Source of the DNA: Clostridiaceae bacterium
Lineage (GTDB): Bacteria > Bacillota > Clostridia > Oscillospirales > Acutalibacteraceae
Assembly: GCA_016297645.1 (NCBI GenBank)
Contig: JAEDGF010000002.1
Span: forward strand, 5,266-69,265
Direction of reading: 5' to 3'
Length of the DNA: 64,000 nt
The position numbers and the translations under genes are program-made. Positions 45,878 to 54,860 of the stretch are shown here, in pieces; within the stretch, counting starts at the first letter, position 1; every line of letters starts with the position of its first letter. Below the pieces are notes generated by a model, which saw nothing but the letters and a program-made list of their open reading frames with translations, was not told the DNA's origin and did no database searches.

Positions 45878-46582
45878 TCAGAGAATGAAGTCGCCCTCGA
45901 TTTTGCCGAGATCTTCAAGAACATAGCCGTTTGAAGCGCGCATTATAAATGCGGAGTTTTCGGGTTTTGGGTCGTTTTTTATAACGCTGACTCTGCCGTT
46001 GTTGAATACGATGGCGGTGGAGTCGTCAACACCGAGTCCGTCGTACTGCTGCATTTTGACTCTCTCGGAGAATTTGTGCCATTTCTCATTCTGGAAGTGT
46101 GGACCGAAGCAGAACGGGAAAATGTCTACACCTTCGATAAACATAAAGCCTCCGTTTAAGCCGCAGTCGTCGCAGCCGAAGTGAAACCAACACATTGCTC
46201 CCGATGAGTTTCCGGCGAGAACGGTTCCGTTTTCGTAGGCTTTGTGCATAAGCTCAACAACATTTCTCTTACGCCATGTATCCATGAGCAGTTTCAGGTT
46301 ACCGCCGCACGCATAAATAAGATCAGCGTTCAGAATAGTTTCCCTGATATATTCATCGGAAAGTCCCATATCCGTAAGATAGAGGTGTGTTACCTCGTAA
46401 CCTCTGTTTCCCCAGTATGTGTTTACATTTTCTTCTTCGTCCGGACGGTCGCCGTGCGCCGTGGGAATATAAACCATTTTTTTGTTTTCGCGTTCACCGA
46501 CAAGCCTGTCGATTTCGGTCATTATAAGTTCGCCGTGGGGATGACCGATATCCGCACCGCCGATTGCAACAAGTTTTCCCAT
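45878..46582 (-). CDS. Peptidase S51 / type 1 glutamine amidotransferase-like protein (dipeptidase E-like)
   Basis: MGKLVAIGG start and nucleophile context AGNSSGAMCWF. Confidence 0.65.
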   Translation of the reverse strand: MGKLVAIGGADIGHPHGELIMTEIDRLVGERENKKMVYIPTAHGDRPDEEENVNTYWGNRGYEVTHLYLTDMGLSDEYIRETILNADLIYACGGNLKLLMDTWRKRNVVELMHKAYENGTVLAGNSSGAMCWFHFGCDDCGLNGGFMFIEGVDIFPFCFGPHFQNEKWHKFSERVKMQQYDGLGVDDSTAIVFNNGRVSVIKNDPKPENSAFIMRASNGYVLEDLGKIEGDFIL

Positions 46583-46755
46583 TGTAAATAGCTCCTTCCT
46601 TTTTCTAAATCTTATCACAGCAAAACATTAAAGTACAGGCTTATATGCGAAAAAAATTCTCGGCGATTATTCTTTATCAAAATTTTCAATGTTTACGAAA
46701 AAAACGGTAAAACAAAATTTCTAATAATATAAGTCAAGGTATTTTTAAGTCGGGC

Positions 46756-46784
46756 TTGAATTGACGATGATTATTTGTTATAAT
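46756..46784 (+). promoter_or_regulatory. SigA-type promoter for tdk (TTGAAT-17-TATAAT with TGt extended -10)
   Basis: -35 at 46756-46761 and -10 at 46779-46784. Confidence 0.6.
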
Positions 46785-46826
46785 CTCCGTTGTTGTTTAT
46801 TAAAGACGCGGAAACGGGGCAATCAT

Positions 46827-47435
46827 ATGAATAAACTGTATTTCAAGTACGGTGCAATGGGGTCGAGCAAGACCGCACAGGCGCTTATGACAAAATTCAA
46901 TTATGAGGAAAAGGGTTCGCGTGTCTGGCTTATCAAACCTGCTACCGATGTTCGCGACGGCTTGCAGCTCCTTCGTTCGAGAATAGGACTTGAAGCAAAG
47001 GCTTTTGTCGTTCCTCCCGAGATGAATGTCAGGGAGATGTTCGATATCCTGAAAATGGACGGCTCGGTATATGATGTAATAATAGCTGACGAGGCGCAGT
47101 TTTTTACCGAGGAACAGATTTGGCAGCTTCGTGAAATAGTCTCGGAATACGATATTCCCGTAATGTGCTTCGGGCTTCGCACCGATTTTCAGTGCAGATT
47201 GTTTCCCGGCAGTAAGGCGCTGTTTCAGGTTGCGGATGATATAGTGGAGATCAAATCCGTTTGCAACTGCGGACATAAGGCAATGGTAAATGCCCGTTTT
47301 GGTGAAAACGGAAAGGTTACATTTGACGGTCCTCAGGTCGCTCTCGGCGGAAACGACAGATACGAGAGTATGTGCTGGACCTGCTGGCGCAAGGCGCTGC
47401 GCGAAAACGGATTCGATAAAATCGAGATAGGTTGA
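46827..47435 (+). CDS. tdk: Thymidine kinase
   Basis: P-loop YGAMGSSKT, DEAQFF and the C-terminal zinc ribbon (CNCG...CWTC). Confidence 0.92.
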   Translation: MNKLYFKYGAMGSSKTAQALMTKFNYEEKGSRVWLIKPATDVRDGLQLLRSRIGLEAKAFVVPPEMNVREMFDILKMDGSVYDVIIADEAQFFTEEQIWQLREIVSEYDIPVMCFGLRTDFQCRLFPGSKALFQVADDIVEIKSVCNCGHKAMVNARFGENGKVTFDGPQVALGGNDRYESMCWTCWRKALRENGFDKIEIG

Positions 47436-47454
47436 TTTTAAATAGTAAAAAACC

Positions 47455-47508
47455 GGACTGCCTTTCAGCATACGGAGATGGTAACATCTTCCGCAGCCGA
47501 GGCAGTCC
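47455..47508. terminator. Bidirectional terminator between tdk and the convergent GPH transporter gene
   Basis: ggactgcc (47455-47462) / ggcagtcc (47501-47508). A-run upstream, and tctttgttttt downstream. Confidence 0.65.
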
Positions 47509-47517
47509 TCTTTGTTT

Positions 47518-49035
47518 TTACTTCTTGATTACGATACCTTTTTCAAGTCTTGCTTTTTCAAGGTCTTGAAGCATTTTTGTCTTTTTCTCGCCGGAAATCG
47601 AGTAGAACAGAATCGGGATTATGCATAACAGTAAACTTACTCCGGGGATTATCGAAACAAGCGAGAACATTGCAAAGTTCTGTTGTGTGGTAAGTTCTGT
47701 TGCTGCTTTGATTGCAGTGTCATTGACCATTTCTTCAACCGGGAGCTTTACAAGTATATAAACTATAACGATACCGCAGGTGGCAAAGGCGTTGCCGATT
47801 TTGTTTACAAAACCCTGGCAAGCCGAGCCAAGCGCATTGTCACGGAATCCGGTTTCAAGTTCCATATAGTCAAGACAGTCGCCGATCATCGCGTAGCAGA
47901 TAACATTCAGAACGCCGAGAGGGAAGCTCGAAATGATCATGAACGGAATGCAGGCGTACAGGTTCTGTGTAAACCAACCGATAAGTGTTGTCCCGAGCGT
48001 TGCTGCCGAGCCTATAAGGCAGGTGGTTATAACGAGTTTCTTGTAGTCGAATTTTTTCATGAGTACCGGCATGAGAAGCATTGCTCCGAACATACCCACA
48101 AGTGCGCAGACATCGAGAATGAGCTTTATTCCCGTTACACTGCCGTTAACTGCGGAGTTTATCGCCGCTTCAAGCTGGGTCTGATCTCCGTTGAACTGAT
48201 CGAGTGTGATTTCGCTCAGGGGTTTGCCTATGTAGAAAGCGTAACGCGCCACATGGAGGGACGCCGCCTGTATCATGTATCTTCCGCAGGAGAGGATGCC
48301 CATTGCAATTACGAGCATAAGTGGCTTGCACTTAAATATTCTCGCAAGCTTTCCGGGTTCACCCGGTTTTCTCTCACGATAGGGGATAACAACGCGCTCT
48401 TTTATGCATCTCGTGGAAACGGTGTAGAGCGTTCCGCCTATGATAACAGATGCAAGAACCATGATAAAATATTTTGTTTCTTCATATTTTATCGAGCCGC
48501 TCGACATGAATTTCGGCAGAATAAAGTTTACGACATAGAGAAGTATCATCGGTATTGCCGAGCCGACGCCGTTTACGGTTCTTCCCATCGAGAAAACGCT
48601 GCCGCGCTCCTGAGCGTTCGGTGTCATAACATTCGGGAGCGACCAGAACGGCACATCTGCCATAGTGTAGAGCATTCCCCAAGCGACATAAACAACAGCC
48701 GCATAGACCATTTTTCCGGTAGATGAAATATCGGGGCAGTAGAACATAAGAATTGTGACAATACTTATAGGTATTACAGCCCATACAATAAATGTTTTTA
48801 TTGATTTACCCTTGCCTGCGCGTCTGTCTGCTATTATTCCCATGAGCGGATCGTTGATAGCGTCCCAAACTCTTGCAAGCAGCATAAGCAAAAGAACGAA
48901 CATCAGCGGAACTTGAAGTACATTGATGTAGAAGTCGCTTATGTACGAGGACATCATTGCATAGATCATTCCCTGACCGGCAGCGCCGACAGCGAACATC
49001 CGAAATTCTTTTTTTGATACATATTTGTCGTCCAT
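47518..49035 (-). CDS. GPH/MFS-family glycoside-cation symporter (second copy in the window)
   Basis: 505 aa, polytopic, with RVWDAINDPLMG (GPH signature region). AGAGGT lies before the ATG. Confidence 0.8.
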   Translation of the reverse strand: MDDKYVSKKEFRMFAVGAAGQGMIYAMMSSYISDFYINVLQVPLMFVLLLMLLARVWDAINDPLMGIIADRRAGKGKSIKTFIVWAVIPISIVTILMFYCPDISSTGKMVYAAVVYVAWGMLYTMADVPFWSLPNVMTPNAQERGSVFSMGRTVNGVGSAIPMILLYVVNFILPKFMSSGSIKYEETKYFIMVLASVIIGGTLYTVSTRCIKERVVIPYRERKPGEPGKLARIFKCKPLMLVIAMGILSCGRYMIQAASLHVARYAFYIGKPLSEITLDQFNGDQTQLEAAINSAVNGSVTGIKLILDVCALVGMFGAMLLMPVLMKKFDYKKLVITTCLIGSAATLGTTLIGWFTQNLYACIPFMIISSFPLGVLNVICYAMIGDCLDYMELETGFRDNALGSACQGFVNKIGNAFATCGIVIVYILVKLPVEEMVNDTAIKAATELTTQQNFAMFSLVSIIPGVSLLLCIIPILFYSISGEKKTKMLQDLEKARLEKGIVIKK

Positions 49036-49067
49036 ACGATACCTCTTTTTTTATGCGATATAGATAT

Positions 49068-49096
49068 ATTATATATCTTTCGGTTCTTTAATACAA
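49068..49096 (-). promoter_or_regulatory. SigA-type promoter for the GPH transporter (TTGTAT-17-TATAAT, minus strand)
   Basis: -10 is the reverse complement of 49068-49073 and -35 of 49091-49096. Confidence 0.55.
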
Positions 49097-49383
49097 TATT
49101 ATGTTTGTAAGTTTAATAAATTTGTGTGTATTGTATAAAATTCGAGCGCCGTTTTTATTGAAAAGCTCCTATCAGGCGGCATTTTAGACGATTTTGAAAT
49201 TGTATTGGTTAAAATACACAAAAACGACCCGTGAAGTTTGTTGAACAAAACGAATAAAAAATGTTCCCAAATTTCCGTTTGTTCATAATTTGGTCACAAT
49301 CAAATGATATTATCATAACAACGGATACGACAAATGTTGTATATCGAACAAAAAAAACAATTTTCTTTCAGGGGGGAAAATAA

Positions 49384-49461
49384 ATGTTCGAAATTATTAT
49401 TAAGTATGCAAAAGCAGTTCTCGGCCTTTTCAGCGGATTGTTCGCATTCGTCCGTCAGTAA
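49384..49461 (+). CDS. Candidate 25-aa hydrophobic mini-protein (MFEIIIKYAKAVLGLFSGLFAFVRQ)
   Basis: ATG 49384 lies 7 nt after GGGGGGAA. One predicted TM helix. An intrinsic terminator follows 37 nt after the stop. It is below the ORF-track size cutoff. Confidence 0.3.
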   Translation: MFEIIIKYAKAVLGLFSGLFAFVRQ

Positions 49462-49497
49462 TCGGTTTTTTTGAAAACGAACAGTGTTTTGTTCTCG

Positions 49498-49530
49498 GCT
49501 TTCGGTTTTCCGGAAGCTTTTTTCTTTTTT
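49498..49530 (+). terminator. Intrinsic terminator after the mini-ORF
   Basis: gctttcgg / ccggaagc stem (one G-U pair) with a tttt loop, followed by ttttttctttttt. Confidence 0.7.
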
Positions 49531-49620
49531 CTGACATCGAAATCATCTTCTTTTGTGCAATTATATGCGATAAACTATGAGCAATATAAAAATGTTTTGT
49601 AAACTTCTACCTAAAACGCA

Positions 49621-49649
49621 TTGACTTTTTTTTGTAGTTTTGGTAAAAT
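49621..49649 (+). promoter_or_regulatory. Near-consensus promoter of the aminotransferase-transketolase operon (TTGACT-17-TAAAAT with TGg extended -10)
   Basis: -35 at 49621-49626 and -10 at 49644-49649, with TG at 49641-49642. Confidence 0.7.
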
Positions 49650-49702
49650 ACATGTGAATATTTTTGAGGGGTAACCCCCTTTCTACTTAGGAGGAATGAG
49701 TT

Positions 49703-50464
49703 TTGACTGATTCAAAAACACTTGCATACATCAATATGTATGCCGTACTCGGCACGCTTGAAAATCTCTGCGAGCTTGACGAGAACGCAAGAGCGCTTCT
49801 TACCAACAAAAAACTGATATCCATCGGATTTGATGTTAAGGGCGGTCCCGCTGCGACACTTATGTTCAAAAACGGCTATTGCCGTATGGAGGACGGCTGC
49901 CGCTCCGACTGCACTATCAAACTTCCGTTTTCTTCGTGCGAAAAGTTCAATGGACTTATTGACGGAACCGTGACACCCATTCCTTCAAAGGGACTTGTTC
50001 ATATCGGTTTCCTGCTTAAATCCTTCGTTCCGCTGACAGACCTTCTCTCAAAATATATGCGTCCCGATCCGGCTGACCTTGAAGACGAGCATTTCTTCAA
50101 CATAAGCACTTCTCTTATGTTTTATACCATTACCGTTGCTCTTTCACAGATAGGTAACAATGACGAAATAGGAAAGTTCAGTGCCGATCATATCGTAGAC
50201 GGCGACATCAAGATGTCCATCGCCGGCGGTCCCGCAGCTACCATTCGCGTACGCAACCACAGAATGATCACCGTTAAAAAAGCACCCGAAAAATACCGTG
50301 CAATCATGGAGTTCGGCGACATGAAGCTCGCCCGTGACCTGTTCGACGGAAAGGTTAATGCCGTTGCCTGCATAGGCGCCGGTACTATCAAGATGGGTGG
50401 TATGATTTCAATGATCGACAATGTCAACCGTATTCTTGACCGCGTCGGACTTTATCTTGCTTAA
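49703..50464 (+). CDS. Uncharacterised protein with SCP2 sterol-carrier-like segment(s)
   Basis: TTG start 8 nt after AGGAGG. The C-terminus MEFGDMKLARDLFDGKVNAVACIGAGTIKMGGMISMIDNV resembles the SCP2 signature (..GKLNP..A...GKLKI.G.M). The N-terminal half looks like a second copy. Confidence 0.45.
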   Translation: MTDSKTLAYINMYAVLGTLENLCELDENARALLTNKKLISIGFDVKGGPAATLMFKNGYCRMEDGCRSDCTIKLPFSSCEKFNGLIDGTVTPIPSKGLVHIGFLLKSFVPLTDLLSKYMRPDPADLEDEHFFNISTSLMFYTITVALSQIGNNDEIGKFSADHIVDGDIKMSIAGGPAATIRVRNHRMITVKKAPEKYRAIMEFGDMKLARDLFDGKVNAVACIGAGTIKMGGMISMIDNVNRILDRVGLYLA

Positions 50465-50480
50465 TTAGGAGGAAAGAACA

Positions 50481-51731
50481 ATGGCTTCAAAACATTACAA
50501 TTTCAAAAAAAGTCAGGAGCTTTATGCAAGAGCCTGCAAGGTTATCCCCTCGGGTCTTTACGGCCACCAGGGACCTGCCGAAGGCTGCTGGATTCCTCCT
50601 ACATCATGGCCCTTCTTCACCGAGCGTGCACAAGGCTCGTATTTCTGGGATGTTGACGGCAACAAGTACATAGACTATATGTGCGCTTACGGGCCCAATG
50701 TTCTCGGATATAACGACCCCGATGTCGATGCCGCCGCTCTCGCTCAGGCGAAGCTCGAAAACTGCGTTACCACTCCCTCGACAAAAATCCTTGAATTTGC
50801 CGAGTATCTTGTTGATACCGTTGCTTCTGCCGACTGGGCATTCTTTATGAAAAACGGTAACGATACCACACAGGGTGCTATCATGTGCGCCCGTGCATAT
50901 ACGCACCGCAAGAAGATAATCTTCATAAACGGTTTCTATCACGGTGTTTCCATGTGGACGCAGAAGATAGACTATCCCGGCGTTCTCCCCGAAGATGTTG
51001 CCAACAGCCTCTATGTTGACTGGAACGATTTTGAGGGACTGAAAAAGGTCGTTGAAGAAAATGAAGGCGAAATAGCGGCATTTATTTCGACACCTTATCT
51101 CCACGGCAATTTCGCGGACAATGTACTTCCTGCCGACGGTTATTGGCAGAAGGTAAGAAATCTCTGCACCGAAAAGGGTATCGTTCTTATCGTTGACGAT
51201 GTCCGTGCGGGCTTCCGTCTTGATATAGCAGGTTCCGACCATTATTTCGGATTCGAGGCTGATCTGATTTGCTTCTGCAAGGCTCTTGCCAACGGCTGGA
51301 ATGTATCCGCTCTCTGCGGTAAAGATTTCCTTAAATCGGCTATGAGCGGACTGAGCTACACCGGTTCTTACTGGATGAGTGCCATTCCGTTTGCTGCCGG
51401 TATCGCCTGCATTGAAAAAATGAAGAAGCTCGATACCCCCAAGATGTTCAGAGAAAAAGGTCTTAAACTTTGCGACGGTCTTAAAGCAGCGGCTGCAAAC
51501 AACGGCTTTAACCTTGTTGTTTCCGGTGAACCTTCGCTGTTCTATCTGCGTATAGCGGACGATGACTCGCTTCTTATCCATCAGGATTGGGTTCAGGAAA
51601 TGGTTCACAGAGGAATTTATATCACTTCTCACCACAACCACTTCATGAATGCTTCTCTTACCGACGAGGATATCGAGAGAACCATCGAAGTTGCCGACGA
51701 CGCATTCAAGGCAATTAGACCCAAATATTAA
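50481..51731 (+). CDS. Class-III PLP-dependent aminotransferase (glutamate-1-semialdehyde aminomutase-like)
   Basis: SQELYARACKVIPSG, DDVRAGFRL and the PLP-lysine context DLICFCKALANG. 416 aa. Confidence 0.8.
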   Translation: MASKHYNFKKSQELYARACKVIPSGLYGHQGPAEGCWIPPTSWPFFTERAQGSYFWDVDGNKYIDYMCAYGPNVLGYNDPDVDAAALAQAKLENCVTTPSTKILEFAEYLVDTVASADWAFFMKNGNDTTQGAIMCARAYTHRKKIIFINGFYHGVSMWTQKIDYPGVLPEDVANSLYVDWNDFEGLKKVVEENEGEIAAFISTPYLHGNFADNVLPADGYWQKVRNLCTEKGIVLIVDDVRAGFRLDIAGSDHYFGFEADLICFCKALANGWNVSALCGKDFLKSAMSGLSYTGSYWMSAIPFAAGIACIEKMKKLDTPKMFREKGLKLCDGLKAAAANNGFNLVVSGEPSLFYLRIADDDSLLIHQDWVQEMVHRGIYITSHHNHFMNASLTDEDIERTIEVADDAFKAIRPKY

Positions 51732-51821
51732 AAGAATTCAATGCTCTCTCTTCCCGGCAAACGGGAGGGGAGGGTTGAATATTGTTTATTCCCTTAACAA
51801 TTTTATCAAGGAGGAACAGAT

Positions 51822-52706
51822 ATGCCTTTAACAAAAACAGAGTGGCTTGCCCTTGAAAAAAAAGCTGATGAACTTCGCAACCTTACCCTTGACACAACTT
51901 TCTGGGCAGGAAGCGGACATATCGGCGGAGGACTCAGCGTACTCGACATTATGACAGTGCTTTACCACAAGTATATGCACATCAGAGTTGACGAACCCAA
52001 GTGGGAGGATCGTGACCGCTTTATTCTTTCAAAGGGTCATGCCGGAATCGCTTATGCTCCGGTTCTTTGCGACCTCGGCTTCAACGACAAGGAAATGCTC
52101 AAAACCTTCAACCTCTCCGGCTCAAAGATGGGTATGCATCTTGATTCAAACAAGGTCGTCGGCGTTGACGCATCCACCGGTTCTCTCGGTCACGGAATGT
52201 CCATTGCTGTCGGTACGGCTCTTGCCGCTCGCGTTTTGGGCAAAGACTATGTAACATATGTAGTTCTCGGCGACGGCGAATGCGACGAAGGCTCCAACTG
52301 GGAAGCTGCAATGAGCGCCTCTCACTACAAGCTCAAAAACATGATCAGCTTTGTTGACCGCAACAAGTGCATGATAGACGGCAGAACGGAAGATGTCATG
52401 AAGCTCGAACCTTTTGCAGACAAGTGGAGAGCGTTCGGCTTTATCGTTAAAGAAATCGACGGCAACAACATCTCCGAGCTTTGCGATGCTATTGATTTTG
52501 CTCTTGCAAACATCAATGATCCCGAAAGCGACAAGCCCGTTATGATAATCTGCGACACTCTTAAAGGCTGCGGCATCGACTTTATTGAGGATAACTATCT
52601 CTGGCATTACGGTGCCTTTGATGACGAAAAATATGCAAAGGCAAAAGAAGCTCTTAAAAACTCATACGCCAAGCGTGTGGCAAGAGCAGAAAAGGAGGGC
52701 AAATAA
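51822..52706 (+). CDS. Transketolase, N-terminal (TPP-binding) subunit
   Basis: GSGHIGGGLSVLDI, DRFILSKGHAG and GDGECDEGSNWEA. Confidence 0.88.
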   Translation: MPLTKTEWLALEKKADELRNLTLDTTFWAGSGHIGGGLSVLDIMTVLYHKYMHIRVDEPKWEDRDRFILSKGHAGIAYAPVLCDLGFNDKEMLKTFNLSGSKMGMHLDSNKVVGVDASTGSLGHGMSIAVGTALAARVLGKDYVTYVVLGDGECDEGSNWEAAMSASHYKLKNMISFVDRNKCMIDGRTEDVMKLEPFADKWRAFGFIVKEIDGNNISELCDAIDFALANINDPESDKPVMIICDTLKGCGIDFIEDNYLWHYGAFDDEKYAKAKEALKNSYAKRVARAEKEGK

Positions 52707-52708
52707 GT

Positions 52709-53737
52709 ATGGCAGGCGGAATGACTTATACGGCTATTGATTCCGAATCGCTTCAAACGGCAGAAATCTACGGTAAGGCTCTTGTTGAACTCGGTGAGGC
52801 ACATCCCGAGGTTGTTGCACTTACTGCCGACCTCGGAAAATCGACCAAAATAGGTGAATTTCAGAAAAAATTCCCCGACCGTTTCTTTAATGTAGGTATC
52901 GCCGAGCAGAATATGTTCGGTGTCGCCGCAGGTATGGCAAGAGCGGGACTCGTTCCGTTCCTTTCCACCTTCTCGCAGTTCGCTTCTCTCCGTTCGGCGG
53001 ATCAGCTCTCTACCGACCTTTGCTATCAGAATGTAAACGCTAAGGTTATAGCTACACATTCGGGTACATCTTTCGGTCAGGCAGGCTCTACTCACCACGC
53101 GATTTCCGACCTTGCGGTTACCCGTTCGTTCCCGAATCTTACGGTTATCTGCCCCGCAGACGGTATCGAAACATATCACGCGGTTATGGCTGCGTACAAG
53201 ACCCCCGGTCCGTTCTACATCAGAATCAACCGCGGTTTTGACTACACCCTTTACGGAAAAGACTGTGACTATTATGATCACGGTGAATTCGAAATCGGTA
53301 AGGCAAATGTATGCCATGAAGGCACCGACCTTACGATAATCGCTTGCGGTTCGTGCGTATATCAGGCTGTTCAGGCTGCGAAGTTCTTCGAGAATTCCGA
53401 AGAAGGCTTCAAGATCCGTGTTCTTGATATGCACACCATCAAGCCCATTGATAAGGAAGCAATAGTAAAGGCGGTCATGGATACACGCCGCATCATCACT
53501 GTTGAGGACCACAATGTTCTCGGCGGTCTCGGTTCTGCTGTTGCCGAAGTTGTTGTTGAGTCCGGTAAGGGCTGCGCATTCAAGAAGCTCGGTATACCCG
53601 ATCAGTTCGCACCTATCGGTCTGCATGAAGATATCATGGCTTACGAAGGTATCGACACAAACGGCATAATCAATGCCGTTCGTGAGGTAATGAAAGCTGA
53701 TTTCGAGCTTGATGACGACTGGGACGACGAGGTCTGA
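52709..53737 (+). CDS. Transketolase, C-terminal (pyrimidine-binding) subunit
   Basis: FFNVGIAEQNMFGVAAGMA, GSTHHAISD and the C-terminal domain. Lies 2 nt after the N-terminal subunit gene. Confidence 0.88.
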   Translation: MAGGMTYTAIDSESLQTAEIYGKALVELGEAHPEVVALTADLGKSTKIGEFQKKFPDRFFNVGIAEQNMFGVAAGMARAGLVPFLSTFSQFASLRSADQLSTDLCYQNVNAKVIATHSGTSFGQAGSTHHAISDLAVTRSFPNLTVICPADGIETYHAVMAAYKTPGPFYIRINRGFDYTLYGKDCDYYDHGEFEIGKANVCHEGTDLTIIACGSCVYQAVQAAKFFENSEEGFKIRVLDMHTIKPIDKEAIVKAVMDTRRIITVEDHNVLGGLGSAVAEVVVESGKGCAFKKLGIPDQFAPIGLHEDIMAYEGIDTNGIINAVREVMKADFELDDDWDDEV

Positions 53738-53766
53738 TAACATTTTACCGAAAGGATTGAATAGTT

Positions 53767-54579
53767 TTGGCATCTGATGCAATTTATACCAATAAAATAT
53801 TCCTTTGCGGTGCTTTGCCTCTTTTGAAAACCATTGTTGCGGACATTCCTTCTCTTAAAGAGAAGTTCAAAAATATTCACTGCATTTATCAGGTGAGCTG
53901 CCTTGATCCCGAAGCCCCTCAGGGCAAGTGGGCAACTCATTTCGTAGTAAACGGTGACGAGTGGCTCGTCCATGCCGATAAGGTTGCTCACCGTTTAGGC
54001 AAGCAGAAATATGTTGAACTTGAATTTAAGAGCGTTGATGCAATGAATGCCTTTTTTAAGGGTAAGATCGCTCCGAACACACTTCCGAAGATGAAGGGCG
54101 TTAACTTTGTCAAGGAGTTTGCCGTGTTTATGATGGCGCTTCTTAAAATGGCATCACTGCTCGGCATGACGGAAATTCCGGCAGATGAAGATACAAAGCG
54201 CCTTCTCGTTAAGTGCTATTTTTACCTTCTTTCGGTTGGTATAAGCACTCTTAACAAACAGGGACACAAGGAGATTCACGACTGGTGTCTTAAATCCCCC
54301 GACCGTGTTTATGCATGGAGAGTTGACGGAGAGGACTCCGTTTCGGCTTATATCCGCATAAAAGCAGGTAAGTCAAAGGCAGGTAAGGGCATCTACAAGA
54401 GAGCTATGCCGTTCTTCACAATGCGCTTTAATAATCTTGATTCCGCACTCGGAATTCTCATGTCCATTGATGATATGCTCGCATCCGTCAGAGAAGGCAA
54501 GCTCATCATGGAGGGCGCTCCCGAGTTCGGCGCACAGATAGGCGCATACATGATGCTTGTAGGCGCACTCGCAAAATAA
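53767..54579 (+). CDS. Uncharacterised protein, distant paralogue of 49703-50464 (SCP2-like)
   Basis: TTG start; no in-frame ATG until far downstream. Same two-lobe layout as the first gene. C-terminus MRFNNLDSALGILMSIDDMLASVREGKLIMEGAPEFGAQIG. Confidence 0.4.
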   Translation: MASDAIYTNKIFLCGALPLLKTIVADIPSLKEKFKNIHCIYQVSCLDPEAPQGKWATHFVVNGDEWLVHADKVAHRLGKQKYVELEFKSVDAMNAFFKGKIAPNTLPKMKGVNFVKEFAVFMMALLKMASLLGMTEIPADEDTKRLLVKCYFYLLSVGISTLNKQGHKEIHDWCLKSPDRVYAWRVDGEDSVSAYIRIKAGKSKAGKGIYKRAMPFFTMRFNNLDSALGILMSIDDMLASVREGKLIMEGAPEFGAQIGAYMMLVGALAK

Positions 54580-54671
54580 AAATGTTTTTGTGAACTATGC
54601 ACAACAAACGCGATTTGTGTTTGTCGACAGTGCATAATAACGCTCAAAAAAAACTTTTTTTCGAAAACATA

Positions 54672-54699
54672 TTGACAAACGGAATTTTTTGAGTATAAT
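54672..54699 (+). promoter_or_regulatory. Consensus SigA promoter for glnN-2 (TTGACA-16-TATAAT)
   Basis: -35 at 54672-54677 and -10 at 54694-54699. Confidence 0.7.
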
Positions 54700-54714
54700 T
54701 CACGACATAAGGAC

Positions 54715-54763
54715 AAAGGCGTCCGGAACAGTTCAGTCTGTTTCGGCGCCTTTTTCTTTTTTT
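54715..54763 (+). terminator. First leader terminator-like hairpin downstream of the glnN-2 promoter
   Basis: aaaggcgtccggaacag / ctgtttcggcgccttt imperfect stem followed by ttctttttttt. Confidence 0.55.
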
Positions 54764-54786
54764 GAAAACTAAAAAAAGTGTAAATT

Positions 54787-54840
54787 AAACGGGCAATGGC
54801 GTCTATGTTTCATGAGGACGCTCTGCCCGTTTTTATTATT
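54787..54840 (+). terminator. Second leader terminator-like hairpin immediately before the glnN-2 RBS
   Basis: aaacgggca (54787-54795) / tgcccgttt (54824-54832), with inner stem ggcgtc/gacgc, followed by ttttattatt. Confidence 0.55.
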
Positions 54841-54860
54841 AAAAAGGAGGATGTATCATA

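Noticed and set aside
47683-48726. 347-aa + strand ORF
   Set aside because: It is antisense to the GPH transporter gene. Its Cys/His/Arg-rich composition is unlike a real protein.
52607-53782. 391-aa minus-strand ORF
   Set aside because: It is antisense to the transketolase C-terminal subunit gene, which has clear family motifs. It is a shadow ORF. The same applies to 50604-51641, opposite the aminotransferase gene.
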